From the NCBI GenBank assembly GCA_048013815.1, contig CM106586.1:7998001-8062000 (forward strand): a stretch of 64,000 bases of DNA. The letters are read 5' to 3'. The position numbers and the translations under genes are program-made. This document shows positions 36,591-49,804 of the stretch, piece after piece. Under the pieces are notes generated by a model. The model searched no databases. It saw only the letters and a program-made list of their open reading frames with translations, and was not told the origin of the DNA. Position 1 is the stretch's first letter. Each line of letters opens with the position of its first letter. Origin of the DNA: Setoptus koraiensis (Eukaryota > Animalia > Arthropoda).

Positions 36591-38164
36591 CAGTATGTGT
36601 CAATGGCGCTCACTTATGTGTGTCTCGGCAAGTACAGGCGGCCAAGTGCAGGCGAGCTGGCCGCCGTTGAGTGGGACCCATTAACAGCGAATGTGTGGGC
36701 GTGCGAGCTTAATTGCGATTGCGGTTTTAACAATCGATAAATTATGCAAACATGCACTTGCTTAGTTGCTAAAAAAGTGCACTACAACTGGCTCATGAGT
36801 CGAGCGATTTGTCGAGCTCGGGCTCGCGATCCGTCGACAAATCGCTCGTTTCAAGGCTGTCGCCGCTCGACTGTTGTCTGGGATAGGCAAATATCCAGCG
36901 CAAGCCGCCTCGTTTGCGTCGTCATTTGCGTGTTGTTTGCGTCGGCGGACTGCCGGCGCTGACGAGCGCTGATTTGCAGCGATCGACACGACAAGTGCAA
37001 CAATCGTCGCAAGTGTAACAATCGTCGCAATTGTCGCCATTGTCGCCATTGTCGCCACTGGCGACATGAGCGACACAACGGCCGCCCAATGCAAACAATT
37101 GGCGCGACACAGCCTGTCGATCGATGGATGATTATGTAACAGGCCGTGGCCGTGTCGCCTATTACATAATCGTGGCCACAATCATCGTGGCCATAGCGCA
37201 CACGGCACCTGTGCGCAGCATTGTTGGCAGCATTGTCCAATCTCGGTGTGCTCCGCCGAGACGGGCGCCCACAAGCCGGACAGAGACGGCCGGACATTGG
37301 CAAGCCGGCGAGGCCAACGGGGCTCGCTCAGCGTGAGCATCCGATTTGCTGACTGACAATTGTGAGCAACAGGATAAATTGACACGGCCGAGACAAGACG
37401 AGCGTACATGTAGGGCGAACATGATACGCGCCATACGTATGATGTTCAATATGATGTTATACGGATGAAAACATGATATAATGCGCTATGATATGATGCG
37501 CTAACATGCTGCATTATAAACGGGATTATGCGGGATTTGCATTACATTACATGCGCTGTCAGTCGCAGTTTCTAGCGCTCGCCTGTCACTTTACTCAAGA
37601 TTTCACTTTTGTGTCTTGTTGCGACTGCTTCAAAACTGCAGTCGCAACACAATTTGCGCTCGCAATTGACATTGTGTCACCTAGAGAGATTTTCATTTAT
37701 TTTTGATGCCTCCAATTTGAATTATCCAGTCAACTTGATACAAACAATAGAACAACATCCGTTGTCATACCTCATATGTGTGTGCGCGCTGTCATGTGGA
37801 TCGTTACACCGCAGTGTTGTTTATTGTAGTTGTTTAGTGTTGTTGTTCAGTGTTGTCGTTCAGTGTCGTTGTTCAGTGTTGCAGTTGTCGTCGCTGTTGT
37901 TGGTGCTGCCGTTGTGGCCATAGGATGATTTAGATTCATCAAGTTCATCCGTCAGAGTTGCGCCGGCATCAATCAGTATCGCACACACACACACTAGCCA
38001 AAGTTGTCAAATTTGTCCAGCCACAATTGTCAAATCTGTCTAGCCAAAGTGTCAAATTTATCTAGTCAAAGTCGCCAAATTCAGTTAAATCTAGTCAAAT
38101 TCAGCCTAGCCAGCGCAATCAATCAGTGACACTGACAATACCAATCAATCAGCACTAGTCGACA

Positions 38165-39225
38165 ATGTCGAGGAGAAACAGTCTCATAGACATCAACACC
38201 ATCAAGGCGTTCGGCGATGGCCTCAAGGGCGGCAAGATAGGCGAAGAATGCAAATTCACGATAGCGGGCACAGACGGCGGCCTGGCGCTGTCCTTTCACA
38301 TCGAGGGCCCATCGAGACCAATATTCGAAACCATGACGGGCAAGGAGATGACCCTAGACATATGCTACATACCAACCATGGCCGTAAGTTGTCCAGCTCA
38401 CACCAATCCATACATCGGATACATATGATAACTCTAATCATTACTATTACTCTAATCATGCTAATAATTGATATTAATTGATCTTGATTGATTGAATTTT
38501 GACATTTTGCAGGGCGATTACAAGCTGTCGCTCATGTGGTACGGCAAACACATCGAGGGCAGTCCATTCGAGGTAAGTTCAACGCTCAGTGACACTCTCA
38601 ACATACTTGCACTATTCACACACTTACCTGTTGTATATCGCCATTTGTAACGGTTATGTAACGGACATGACGCAATTCAGTTCACAATAGAGGGTAAGCT
38701 AACGTTTTGCATGTCCACTATTCGCGTAAAACACACAACTGTCACCGTCTAACATTTGATTATGTCATCGTGTTGCCATCACACCCATAGGAGATGGACC
38801 GCCGCCCACTCTGGAGGAGCTCGTGAAAAAGATTCGCGTTGGTGGTCGAGGCTTGAATTTGGCTCACGTTCAACAATACAACGAAGTCTTGGTTGATTGT
38901 AGACGAGTTTACCTGAAAGGTGAGCCATTCGTTTCACTCATTCGTTATAACGGGCATGCATACAATCAAATCAAATCACATAAAATAACATTACACTTGT
39001 TTTTGTATTTGTATTTGTCTGTTTATCACCCGGCCAGATCACAAGCTCAAATGTTCCGTTAAATCTCCACCGAGAAGCTCAGCCATGGTTAAATTACAAG
39101 ACAATCTGGATGGTACATATACCATGTTTTTCAAGCCGACATTTCCAGGCCCTTATCAATTGATTATTAGGGTAGATGATGTCGACGTGCCGGGCAGCCC
39201 GTTCACATCGCAAGTGAAAAATTAA
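38165..39225 (+). CDS. Small protein of two filamin/ABP280 Ig-like repeats (~202 aa); join(38165..38383,38513..38572,38681..38693,38791..38919,39038..39225)
   Basis: KAFGDGLKGG...FTI, IEGPS, YIPTMAGDYKLSLMWYGKHIEGSPF; RVGGRGL, DNLDGTYTMFFKPTFPGPYQLIIRVDDVDVPGSPF. All four introns are GT..AG with compatible phases (0,0,1,1). Confidence 0.88.
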
Positions 39226-40413
39226 TTTTCTTTCAATTGTTTTGATATTGGAGCACAATAATATTTATCCATTAACAACACATAACAAATCCGTCTCTTT
39301 GTTGATCAATTGTTAATTGTTTTCATCACACAACTGGACGATTTGATGGATACCACGTTATGCTGATGTTCACAATTTAAATGCATCACTTGCCATGTCC
39401 GTCACACATTGACTTTGCCCAGCCAATTTATTATTGGCGTTTTACAAAACTGATGTTACTAACGCTAAAAGTCAACTTTGGTGTTTCATCATCACCATCA
39501 TGTATTATATCATTATTATCATTATCATTATTATTATTACTATTATTATAATTAAATTGTTGTAATTATTACCACCATATATCACGTAGCTTCGTAAGCA
39601 TCATTAATAATCATAGGATAATCAACTACAACACAATACACAAGCAACAATAATAAACTTAATGTAAGCGACTGAATGTAGCTGTTTCTTTGTTTGTTGA
39701 ATGTTCAATTTAACAAGAGTAAGTTTCGATTTCCGATGCCAGATCGTTTCGCAAGATTACCTTGCTGGGAGCGCTGTAACTAGTGTAAAGCAATTGCATT
39801 CCCACATTGATTTGATCTGGTGCAGTATGTGGAATAAAGCCGATGATTATCATCACTGTATTGCAGTAGTGCACTTATGCCTATTCTTTGCCATTTCGTC
39901 GTGTGTCTAATCTAGATTATATTGTTGTTAGTAGAGCATATTGGATGAGAACCTATTCCATGCTTCATGTGATGGTTGCAGATAATCGTCATAACAATGG
40001 CACAAACATATCAACAAGTATATCAACATATAATATGATGATATGTGAGTATCATTTATTTAGTTTGAAATAGTCGTTTCAGCAAAGTATCGTTCATTTC
40101 CACCTTATATCCCATTTGACCGTGGCGCTATCTCGTTTGAGCATCTAACATTTACGTCAATAATTAGACAGACAAATGGATTCCGCGCTGTTATTGATCC
40201 GACATCCATTCGAAAAGGATTGCAGCATTCAGATGATGTGAGACACTCGCGACTGGTCCAAAGTCGAAACAACCACAAACAAACACCAAATAAAGCAACC
40301 ACGCTCGACAACAACCCAATTTCTCCAACCTCAATTTGCCATCTACAATCTGGCATATATCAGCACACCGTCTAGGTCACTTTCGCACCTCAATACAACA
40401 GCCACCAAACAAG

Positions 40414-42107
40414 ATGAGTTCCACTCTCCATCAAGCTCAGTCTCATCCCGTATTAAGAACATGGCAAAGCCAGAGAAATGACATTAATCATCATGCCGAT
40501 TTTGTTTTGCCCATGTTCATAGGAAACGATGACGATGCCATTGATCCCATCGAGTCCATGCCAGACGTAAACCGTTACGGTTGTAGCACCGCTATAAAAT
40601 ATCTAGAACCATTAGTTTACAGTTTTGGCTTGAGAGCTGTCCTATTGTTTCCCGTTGTAACCAAGCCCTCTAATATTAGCGAAGATCAGGTGGGTTTTGT
40701 TGGTGATGATCAAGACGACGACGAGGATGATACAGACTTCACGTCGTCTACTAGCGCGCGGTCATTGTCAACTGAGAGCAACAGTGCTGATGGCTCAGAT
40801 GACGATAGCGATGATGAGCCCAAAAAGGGAAGAATCGTCTCTATGAAACGAAGACCATCAACTTCCAGTAGGGACAAACGAACGCGAATATTTTCGGCCG
40901 AAAATAGCGGCCCCAAGATGGGCCTTCTGGAAAATTCTAAACATCAGGATGTCAGATTGATCAAGGGTCTGGCGTTGAGAGAGGAAAACAACCCTGTTTT
41001 GAGATTGATACCAAAACTGAGAGAAAAGTTTCCAAATTTATTGATAATTTGCGATGTATGTTTATGTGCATTTACATCTACTGGTCATTGTTGTTTATTC
41101 GACGATAATTCAATCAAAATAAAAGCATCATCATCATTAGCTAACAACAACGCAAACTACGTCAACATTGTTGACAGCCATGATATTAGTGATAAAACAG
41201 TAGATCAGACTTCAAGAGTAAGCGACGTCAATCCAGGTGAAAGGAAAAGGTTATCGAACATTGAGCTAACACAGTATCTAATTTCAAACAAGATCTCTTG
41301 TCAGTATTTGGCCAGATTAGCTATCGAATATGCATCGCGCGGTTGTAATGTGTTAGCTCCCAGCGACATGATGGACGGACGTATACAAGTTATTAGAGAA
41401 AAGTTGAATGAAAACCATCTACACCACGTCTCTATCATGAGTTACTCCGCGAAATTTGCATCCTCATTCTATGGTCCGTTCAGGCAAGCAGCCGCTAGTA
41501 AGCCACAATTTGGAGATAGAAAGGCCTATCAGTTACCTCCAGGATCTAGAGCGATGGCGCTCAAAGCGGTCAGCCGTGATATAGATCAAGGTAAGATGAA
41601 ATCAATTTTGCATACCTATAATCTTCTGGTTTCGGCGATATTTCTCACACATAGAAAAAAGAACAAGATGATTAGCTGCAAAAAAAAGTCTCGCTCGCTC
41701 TCTCTCTCGCTCTGTCTGCCTCTCCCTTGCTCTAATACTCTACATCTCTCTTTCTTTCCCTCAATATCACACTGATCACAAACGCACAATGTATTCTCTA
41801 CTGACACACATTCTCGTTGTATCTTGTAACATTCGCAGGCGCCGATTTCGTCATGGTGAAACCCGGAACTCCATATTTAGATATTGTTAGGGATGTTAGA
41901 GAAAGCCATCCATATGTGCCGATAGCAATATATCAAGTTTCAGGCGAGTATTCTATGCTAAAGCTAGCCGCCGAAGCCAATGTACTGGATTTAAAGTCGG
42001 CCCTTCATGAATTACTTGCTTCTTATAGGAGAGCTGGAGCAAACATTATCATCACCTACTTCACACCGGCGATATTAAGGGGTGAGCTGCAAGTTCTTGT
42101 GGCCTAG
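40414..42107 (+). CDS. ALAD: Delta-aminolevulinic acid dehydratase (porphobilinogen synthase); join(40414..41590,41839..42107)
   Basis: HPVLRTWQS, Zn-ligand [90 protein letters not shown]. Phase-1 GT..AG intron at 41591-41838. Confidence 0.97.
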
Positions 42108-43109
42108 TGGATTGTTTTTCTGAATAAATTCTGAACATTCATCAACATCGCGGAAAGCTAACTCCTCGGTTATGAATTTGAGAGACACGTTTGGTCTATA
42201 GGATTTGAAAATAATCTTCAATGCTTGTTTGCGTTCACGCTCAATAAACCAATCAATTAATCTTGCTGACATCGATGGTGATTTTGTATAAAGAAAAAAT
42301 AATTTATGGTAGTTACATAATGACCAGGCGCGTCTTACCTGCAACGCGTGCTCAACCACTGGATGTTGTCGAGATGATGGTGGTAGCTTTGAGAGGGTCA
42401 TTTGTAGATCTGTTGTATTCTCAGTGAATACATAGTATAATATAAGGTAGCCTAGGAATTCACATTCATGATCACTATGTATAGACTCGTATAATGTTTT
42501 CAATTGACTTTGGCATTGATTGAATTCTTCGTGATCTCCTATCTCAAGCGCAATCCTAGCGTGAGTCTCATAAACTTGAACAGTGAATTCATTTCGAATG
42601 AATTGTACAGTTAAATCCTGTCGAATTGATTTCAATTGATCGCAAGCATAACGGTAATCATGGTGGTGCTCATTATTCCTCCAATACTTAACAACCATCT
42701 CTAGTGACTTGTGCAATACTTTCAATGGTCTAACTGTCGATGGGTCTGGTGCCGATGTCAAGCGCAAGTATTGTTTCTCTAAATCCTGACACGTGCCCAC
42801 AATGGCTTTCTCAAAACTAAACTCACCTAAACAAGCTTGCTTTTTCCTATTGTCATCATGTTGTCTTTCACTATTTCTCTTCTTGCTGCGCGACCTCCTA
42901 CTACTGGTTTCTTTTCTCCTTGGATCAGGCAATTTTGCTCTCGACCAATCGGTTGTATACACTGTACCGGATTCGAAAGCTTTCAACAATATCTTTTTAA
43001 GCTCTGTCTCAACTATATCTTTGTCTTTTTCAGTATGACAATTACTGAAGGCATCATGGGCAAATTTTTTCAAGCTCTGTGGCCATTTCTCGTATCTCTG
43101 ATCTTCCAT
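42075..43109 (-). CDS. LENG8: LENG8/THP3-like SAC3/GANP-domain protein, compact and intronless
   Basis: [13 protein letters not shown]...DKDIVE..LK...[70 protein letters not shown]. Confidence 0.9.
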   Translation of the reverse strand: MEDQRYEKWPQSLKKFAHDAFSNCHTEKDKDIVETELKKILLKAFESGTVYTTDWSRAKLPDPRRKETSSRRSRSKKRNSERQHDDNRKKQACLGEFSFEKAIVGTCQDLEKQYLRLTSAPDPSTVRPLKVLHKSLEMVVKYWRNNEHHHDYRYACDQLKSIRQDLTVQFIRNEFTVQVYETHARIALEIGDHEEFNQCQSQLKTLYESIHSDHECEFLGYLILYYVFTENTTDLQMTLSKLPPSSRQHPVVEHALQVRRAWSLCNYHKLFFLYTKSPSMSARLIDWFIERERKQALKIIFKSYRPNVSLKFITEELAFRDVDECSEFIQKNNPLGHKNLQLTP

Positions 43110-43905
43110 ATCTATTTATACTTATACTTTTTCTACTATTTATGTATAATTATTATTTAAAATTCAATTTGATTTTAATCAATATTTATTATTAGTAATA
43201 AGAATACTAATTTAAATAATAATAATGTAAAATTGCAGTTTCATTTCTATTGCGTATGGTAGAATAAAGGAATTTAGCCAAATGCGAAGAAAAATTATGA
43301 TTTCAATGTTTTCACTCGTTTTTCAGCGGCAAGTTTGAATTTTTTTTTTTTGTGAGTCACTCACAGTCAGACTCTCATAGATTGTGAGTCTTTTGACCTG
43401 TGAGAGTAAGGACATGCACTATGCATCTTGCGAAAGCTTATTTAGGTCAGTTGGAATTTGGTCCAGCCATCTTAAGAACAAGAATTCAGCCAACATGGCC
43501 ATTCTCAAACATCATCATTTCACCAATTCATCTGATCCTAACCAGGTTTTTTTATGGGAGCGCGAGCTAGCAATAGCAATATAACTTAAATCCACAACAG
43601 TACATCAGGTTAGTTTGATGAATAGGTGTCTTATAGGGTAGTGAATCATAAAGCTATCATGAAGTGAAAGAATTTGTTGGCCTACGAATATCATTTACAC
43701 TAGCTCAGATGGCGATAGCCATGTTGGACTTTTACAATCAACGAGCCACTCATGGATTTTGTCATTTCTTTATATTACAATCATATATCGACTTCGCTCA
43801 AGTTTTATTCAGGGAAGAGGGTCCTAACAATAACAACATAACTTAATAACAGTACATAGAGGTAGCTTGCAAGGGTACCATAGAGGTTGCTTAATCAGGC
43901 TAGCA

Positions 43906-45831
43906 TCAAACGAAAGAATTTGTTGGCTTGCAAATATCATTGATATTGTACACTTCTAAAACAATTCCAATTCCTTTGAGGAAGGCATGGCGCAACATTA
44001 GCTTACTTCTTGGCTTTACATATTCGGGGCGTTTCATAAATCTAAATAGGACACAGTAGAGGGAAGTTTCATTCAGTCCTAATGAGTTCTCTTCATTTGC
44101 GGAAACTATACTACACGTTTGCTTCACGTTCCCCACATAGATAGATACTTGGCAACCGATACCTATCTTTTGATTGTGATTCCCTATCAATCTAATCTGC
44201 GCTTTGAAATATAAGCATACAGGGAAATTGTTCACCCAATCAGGTTCTAATTCTCGAAGTACCATACCTTTGCGGGCTTGCAAGTTATTGTGAGAGTCCG
44301 ATTTAATGGCTAGAGTGCAACATTGGCCTGCACGAACAGTCGCACATGGCACTTTGTGCCGCTGTAACGAAACAATATACACCTGTTCAAACGATCCCCT
44401 GTTATCGGGTCCAAGTAACATTTTATCTCCCTCTCTAACAACCCCATTAACTAAAAGTCCGCTAACCACCACACCTGTACCTGGCACTAAAAAAGTTTCG
44501 TCTATTTGCAATTCGGAGGGTAGATTCAACGCTAATTCCAGATCAGTCGAGTTCAATGATGGGGCTAGTCGATTGAAGAATTCGTATAATAGATTTATTC
44601 CTGCTCCTGTGACACACGAGGTGAAAAATATGGGTCTAATATTTTCGTTCCTCAGCCTAGATGACACACAACCAGCATCACCAACATCAAGCACCTTCTT
44701 GATTTCGGAAGATGGGGAGCACTTCATCAGTATCCTAATTAGTGCCTCACAACACTGGTTTTGTTCTTCGTTGGAGGCTAGATCTATTTTGTTTATCACA
44801 ATCACCAATGCTTGACCGATACCAAGTGCCAAAGAAATAAGCTCTTCTGTGACTAGAGATATTTGTGAAACTGCGCTAACTACTAAAAGAACAATGTCGG
44901 GTGAGTTGCTACCGAGCCCAAACAATGTAGTCCTCAGGTAACGTTGGTGTCCGGCAAGATCTATTAATGTAATGATCTTGTCCGCTGATTCAATGATCTC
45001 CTCAGCCGTAAGGCATTGATTGTAAGTGATTGCCTGCCCGCCACTATCAAAGCCAAGAATTTCCTGGCTTATGCTGGACGTATGTCCTGATTTGATTTCG
45101 TGTCTGTGCCTAAACAGATTCAACCTTGCGCTCCCTCTACCATTATCGTATTCACTATGGCTCAATACACCCAATAGTGACGATTTTCCACTATCGGTGG
45201 GACCTAGCACAGCAGCTCTCAGTTCGTTGGGTATATCGTGAGTCTTTTTGCGAACCAGAACCTCTAACACTTTCCTGTTGTTTGTTGAGGATGATTTGTG
45301 ATTAGTAATTGAATTGTGCCTGCTATTTGTTGCTGTTCTGATGTTACTATTCTGCGAGATACCCGTCGATCTAGGTTGATTGTTTTTGTTGTTATTTGCC
45401 GAATTCTCCTTATAGAGTCTTTGTCTTTCGAGATTTCTCGCCTTTGGGCAAAGATGTTCCTTATTGTCTTCGACATTACGTTCCCTCACAATGGTGACAG
45501 TGGCACCAATTTTCTCTGCCATGCACTCTAGCGTTTCCATGGACGATTTCACCTCATCTGGTGTGAGTCCCACCAGATTGCCATCATCTTGCACCCCAAT
45601 AACAACTATTGCCTCTCCTTGGCCCTCCCTGATTCTCCATTTCAATTGTGACACTAGACGCTCTATTCTAGCCGGAGACGGGTCTATAAGCCTGAGTTTG
45701 TATTCAACATTTCCTATTTCATTCTCTGGTTCCAATTTGTTTTGATCTAAATTATCTATAAATCTTCTAGTTCCGTTGTGCAATCCAAAAGGGACGCACA
45801 AATTTTCGTCATTACTCGAAAATAGACTCAT
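43906..45831 (-). CDS. GTPBP2: GTP-binding protein 2 (translational GTPase, GTPBP1/2 family), intronless
   Basis: EPENEIGNVEYKLRLIDPS..RIERLVSQLKWRIREGQGEA, G1 GPTDSGKSS, GRGSARLNLFRHRHEIKSGHTSS, G3 DLAGH, G4 NKID, EF-Tu-like domains II and III. Confidence 0.92.
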   Translation of the reverse strand: MSLFSSNDENLCVPFGLHNGTRRFIDNLDQNKLEPENEIGNVEYKLRLIDPSPARIERLVSQLKWRIREGQGEAIVVIGVQDDGNLVGLTPDEVKSSMETLECMAEKIGATVTIVRERNVEDNKEHLCPKARNLERQRLYKENSANNNKNNQPRSTGISQNSNIRTATNSRHNSITNHKSSSTNNRKVLEVLVRKKTHDIPNELRAAVLGPTDSGKSSLLGVLSHSEYDNGRGSARLNLFRHRHEIKSGHTSSISQEILGFDSGGQAITYNQCLTAEEIIESADKIITLIDLAGHQRYLRTTLFGLGSNSPDIVLLVVSAVSQISLVTEELISLALGIGQALVIVINKIDLASNEEQNQCCEALIRILMKCSPSSEIKKVLDVGDAGCVSSRLRNENIRPIFFTSCVTGAGINLLYEFFNRLAPSLNSTDLELALNLPSELQIDETFLVPGTGVVVSGLLVNGVVREGDKMLLGPDNRGSFEQVYIVSLQRHKVPCATVRAGQCCTLAIKSDSHNNLQARKGMVLRELEPDWVNNFPVCLYFKAQIRLIGNHNQKIGIGCQVSIYVGNVKQTCSIVSANEENSLGLNETSLYCVLFRFMKRPEYVKPRSKLMLRHAFLKGIGIVLEVYNINDICKPTNSFV

Positions 45832-48800
45832 AGTCCTGGTGAGATGGAGTGATGAGTCTTTGTAGTGTCAATGTCTAGTTTAGTATTGGTCAGTTTAGTG
45901 TCATCAGACCGTGAATTGTTCGTTTTGTTGTTGCTGTCGTTGTGCTATAATGGTCTTTAATTTTATACGACTGATTAGCTGATAATAGAAGGTGGCCTCA
46001 AATTCACTACCGATATATTATTATAGTTATTTATATCATACAATCCTTCCGAAGATACGATTTGGTTGTTCGGATTATATTATTAGTGTGTGTCCTGAAG
46101 CTGTTATTGTAGCTGATGTTGTTGTTGTTGGTGTTTAAGTCATTACAACTATGGATGCTGTTATCGTCAAATGAATTCCTATCAAGATGGTGGTGGCACA
46201 TTTGTGAATATTGAATCATCACACACAGGTTATTACCCTTTTGCTATCAATAACAATAGTGATGATATGTTTGTTGTAAAACTGTTCAGTCTTTGTGCGG
46301 TCGTCATATGGATACCATCAATTGCATGTTTATTTTGTAGTGTCCAAAAATAGATTCGTCATCATCTAATTACGCTAATTGATGTCAGTGTCGCCTGTAT
46401 ATGTTGCTTTTGAGTTTAAATTTTGCAATTTTTTCTATCCTTGCCCGTCTCATGCAATCAGATACATGATACAGTGTCCAATCTCCTATTGGTGGCGGTA
46501 GTGGTGGTGATCAAATGTATATGTGGTGTTAATTTATATAAGTGCAATGACGCAGCATGAGTAGCTGTAACTGTATACGATATGTGTATCTAGCAGTTGA
46601 ATAGAATCACTGTCAAGTGTAACTGCATATCTAGGTACAGTTTTTTTTAATAATATGATAAATAATAATAACAATAATTATAATTATAGTATAGATAATA
46701 ATATAGAAATAAAGACGGAATATACAAAATATCCGCATTACTCCGTGCAGTAAGATTTGTCAGCCAAATGCATTAGGTGCTTGTGAGTGTGTGTACAGGG
46801 TGTACCAAAATGAGTGTTGCAACTTTTGCGAAGAATTCAGTATAAGTATGTGGACACACTTTATACACACACAGAGAAAATAATCTATGCGCATTATTAT
46901 TGAAAAAACATACATAGTCAAAAGTATTGTAAGGACAGAGCGAACACAGTGGCGTCCAATTGTTTTTGGGACAGTGTGTACAGTCGTTGAGTTGTTTATC
47001 ATTCGCGCGCCCTGTCAGTTGTTTCTGTCGCAATTGACACAAGTGTTAACGCGACACGGATTCAGACGACACGGATCACATAATAAAATCTAGATATACA
47101 CACACTACCGGTAGATCACAGAACAATACACTTACGTAATTTGTCGTCGTGTTTCCGACACACAATCACTGTTGGCATATGTTGTTAATAACAACTTGTC
47201 GTACACGTTTACACGATCGACAACAATGTGTGCAAATGCAACAAAAGTAAAGAGAGTGAGAGATACTGTTTTTACGGTCACATTACCAAGGTTGTTGCAT
47301 AATCAGTTGTTGCATTGTTGTCGTGATTGTCGTTGCTGTGGTTGTTGTTGTTGGCGTTGTCAATGTCGGCGTCGGCGTATCGACAGCCACACCGATAAAG
47401 AGAGAGGGCAACTACTGGTGGCGTACGAACGATATTGGCGAGCTATTGTGAGACGAAAACAATTAACAACAGCAAACAGCAACAGCTTGATTTATTGCAA
47501 GCAAAAACCATTATCGTTATTACGAGCGACCAATCGCCAATATTGGCTCATTGGCTGTTTGTGGCGCTGAGTGTCGATATCAATCGACTGACACCGAACA
47601 CCGACGATAACAATAAACGGCCCTGTGCTATATGGCCCTGTGTAGCACTGGTATAAAGTACACAGGCTACAGGTGAGCTTGGTATCCCTGGTTGGTCGGT
47701 CGGTCGGCCGGCCGGCCGGCCCGTGTTTACAAATTGCCAAAACTTATCATCATTGGCACTTGTCAGTGTGCGGCCAGTGTGGCCCATGGCCAGTTTGCTC
47801 GGCCGCCACAACCGGCTACACATTTGTTGGCCATATCTGTTGGCGAGACACTGCTGGTCTGCGTTGACTGACCATAACTAATTCCAGTGGCAATGCCGCC
47901 AAGGCTAGCTCCAAGTTGATCTAGCACTGGCGTTGGATATGCTATTGAATGAATTATTATTATTTTTTCAAATTATATATCCGAGCGAGCGAGCGGGCGA
48001 ATTGCGAATTGCGAATCGTAATATCGACAGCGCACAAACACAAGAGAGCCATTGGCAAGCCGGCGCCACTTGTTGTCTGGCTAATGGAAGTGGTGATCAG
48101 CCGAGAAAAGGTCCGTCTAGACTCTACTAGTAGTAGGTAGTGTGCACTGCAAAGGTTCAGCTTGAATTTATTTGAATAGATTCATCTCTTGCAATGCGTC
48201 TGGCGGGTAACTCACCTGTGCGCTAATGCCTGCATGTGTCTAGGTTGGCTGGCTGTGTGCTGTTGTGTTGACTGGCAGATTTATGTAATAATATCAATAA
48301 TCGGGCACCATGTCGATAAGTGAACTCGCTGCTCAAAATGATAATTGACCAACCGACAACAGCAACAACAGCAGCAGCTCGGCTACAGCAAGCGGCACTC
48401 GCTGTTTGTGCCATTGGCAGCGATACCCACTGGCCGATACTGGCCAATACAAACTCGTCCGTCATCCCGACAAAGAGATGGCACGGACGAGATGGGGGTT
48501 CAGCGTAAGTTAATAAACATTGAGATCCGGCCATCATGATTGCATGATTCACACTGACGCCGAGAGAATCAAATCGATGGCTCGCCCGATGGCCACTCTG
48601 CGGCTCGGCCGTGCACATCAGCCGTATCAGCCACATCGGCCACATCGATCTATTGACCAAAATGCATTGACTGCGACAGGGCACGGGGTTACGAATGGCT
48701 GCAGTTGCATCATCATCGACCATCAATAGTGTTGCTGGGATGCAGTCACCGAGAAGGCGGTTGAGGTCAGATGGCAACAAGTGCGTCATCGTCGCATTGT

Positions 48801-49729
48801 TGCGGGCACCAGCCAGTGAAACCGAGCCGCCGGCCGAAATGATTTGCATTGTTGATCTGCCAGATATCGGCCGGCGATTGGCCCGAGACTGGCCGCTCGA
48901 ATCAGGAGAAATCGGGAGAAATCGAGAGAAACCGGGAGAAAGGCAAGTCGAGCTGCGAACGGGCCGCTCGGAGGCGGACAGCGCGAGAGCCTGAGTAATG
49001 GGCACTTGTTGCGAGGGTGATCAATTAATGGCGAAAATCATGAATTATAATTAATTGATTAGAGGCAGCTCCATTTATGAGCTGCTGCTGTTGCTGCTGC
49101 TACAGTTGCGACTGGCAAGCCATCAGTTATCATGTTGGCAGTTATCGGGATAGTGCGCTTCGAGTGTCACATTCGGCCGATTGGCGTCATGCGAAGGTGT
49201 GACTGTGCTCATATTATTGCGATATTATTGCCATAATATTATCGAGCTGCATAAAGAAGTGTTTGTTTCGTCGGCCGCAGTGGGCAAATGGGCAAGTGGG
49301 CAAGCGGCAGCACGCCAGTCGGGCCAGTTAAGCCGCTAGTTATGGCAGCTTCATTTAGTTATTATGGTCACTTTCATCTATCATTGTTGACTGTCGGACA
49401 AATTGTTTATTACTATCCCATTTGTGGCGCAAGAGCCGTGCTTGTTTGCACGGTTTCCCTGGCAATTTACGACCAGTCGAGCAACTGTTTGCTGTTGGAT
49501 GAAGTTTGCCGTCCACTGTTTGCCGTCCACTGTCTACGCAGACAAACATCACACAGGTGAACGGATTCACCTGTGCCCACCTATGCCACACTGCTATACG
49601 ATGCTATAAGATGCTGGCTGCAGTTGGCGGCCTCACAGTCGAGTTGAGAAGCGAGCTGAGAAGCGGCGCCAGCCAACGCACCGACGGCCACTGGATATGG
49701 ACATGATTATATCACGGCACGGATATAGC

Positions 49730-49804
49730 GTGGATCTGGTGTGGATATGGCGTGGATATGGCGTGGATGTGGCGTGGATATGGCGTGGATATGGCGTGGA
49801 TATA
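49730..49804. repeat. 11-bp minisatellite (gtggatatggc), about 7 copies
   Basis: Units at 49730, 49741, 49752, 49763, 49774, 49785 and 49796. Confidence 0.9.
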
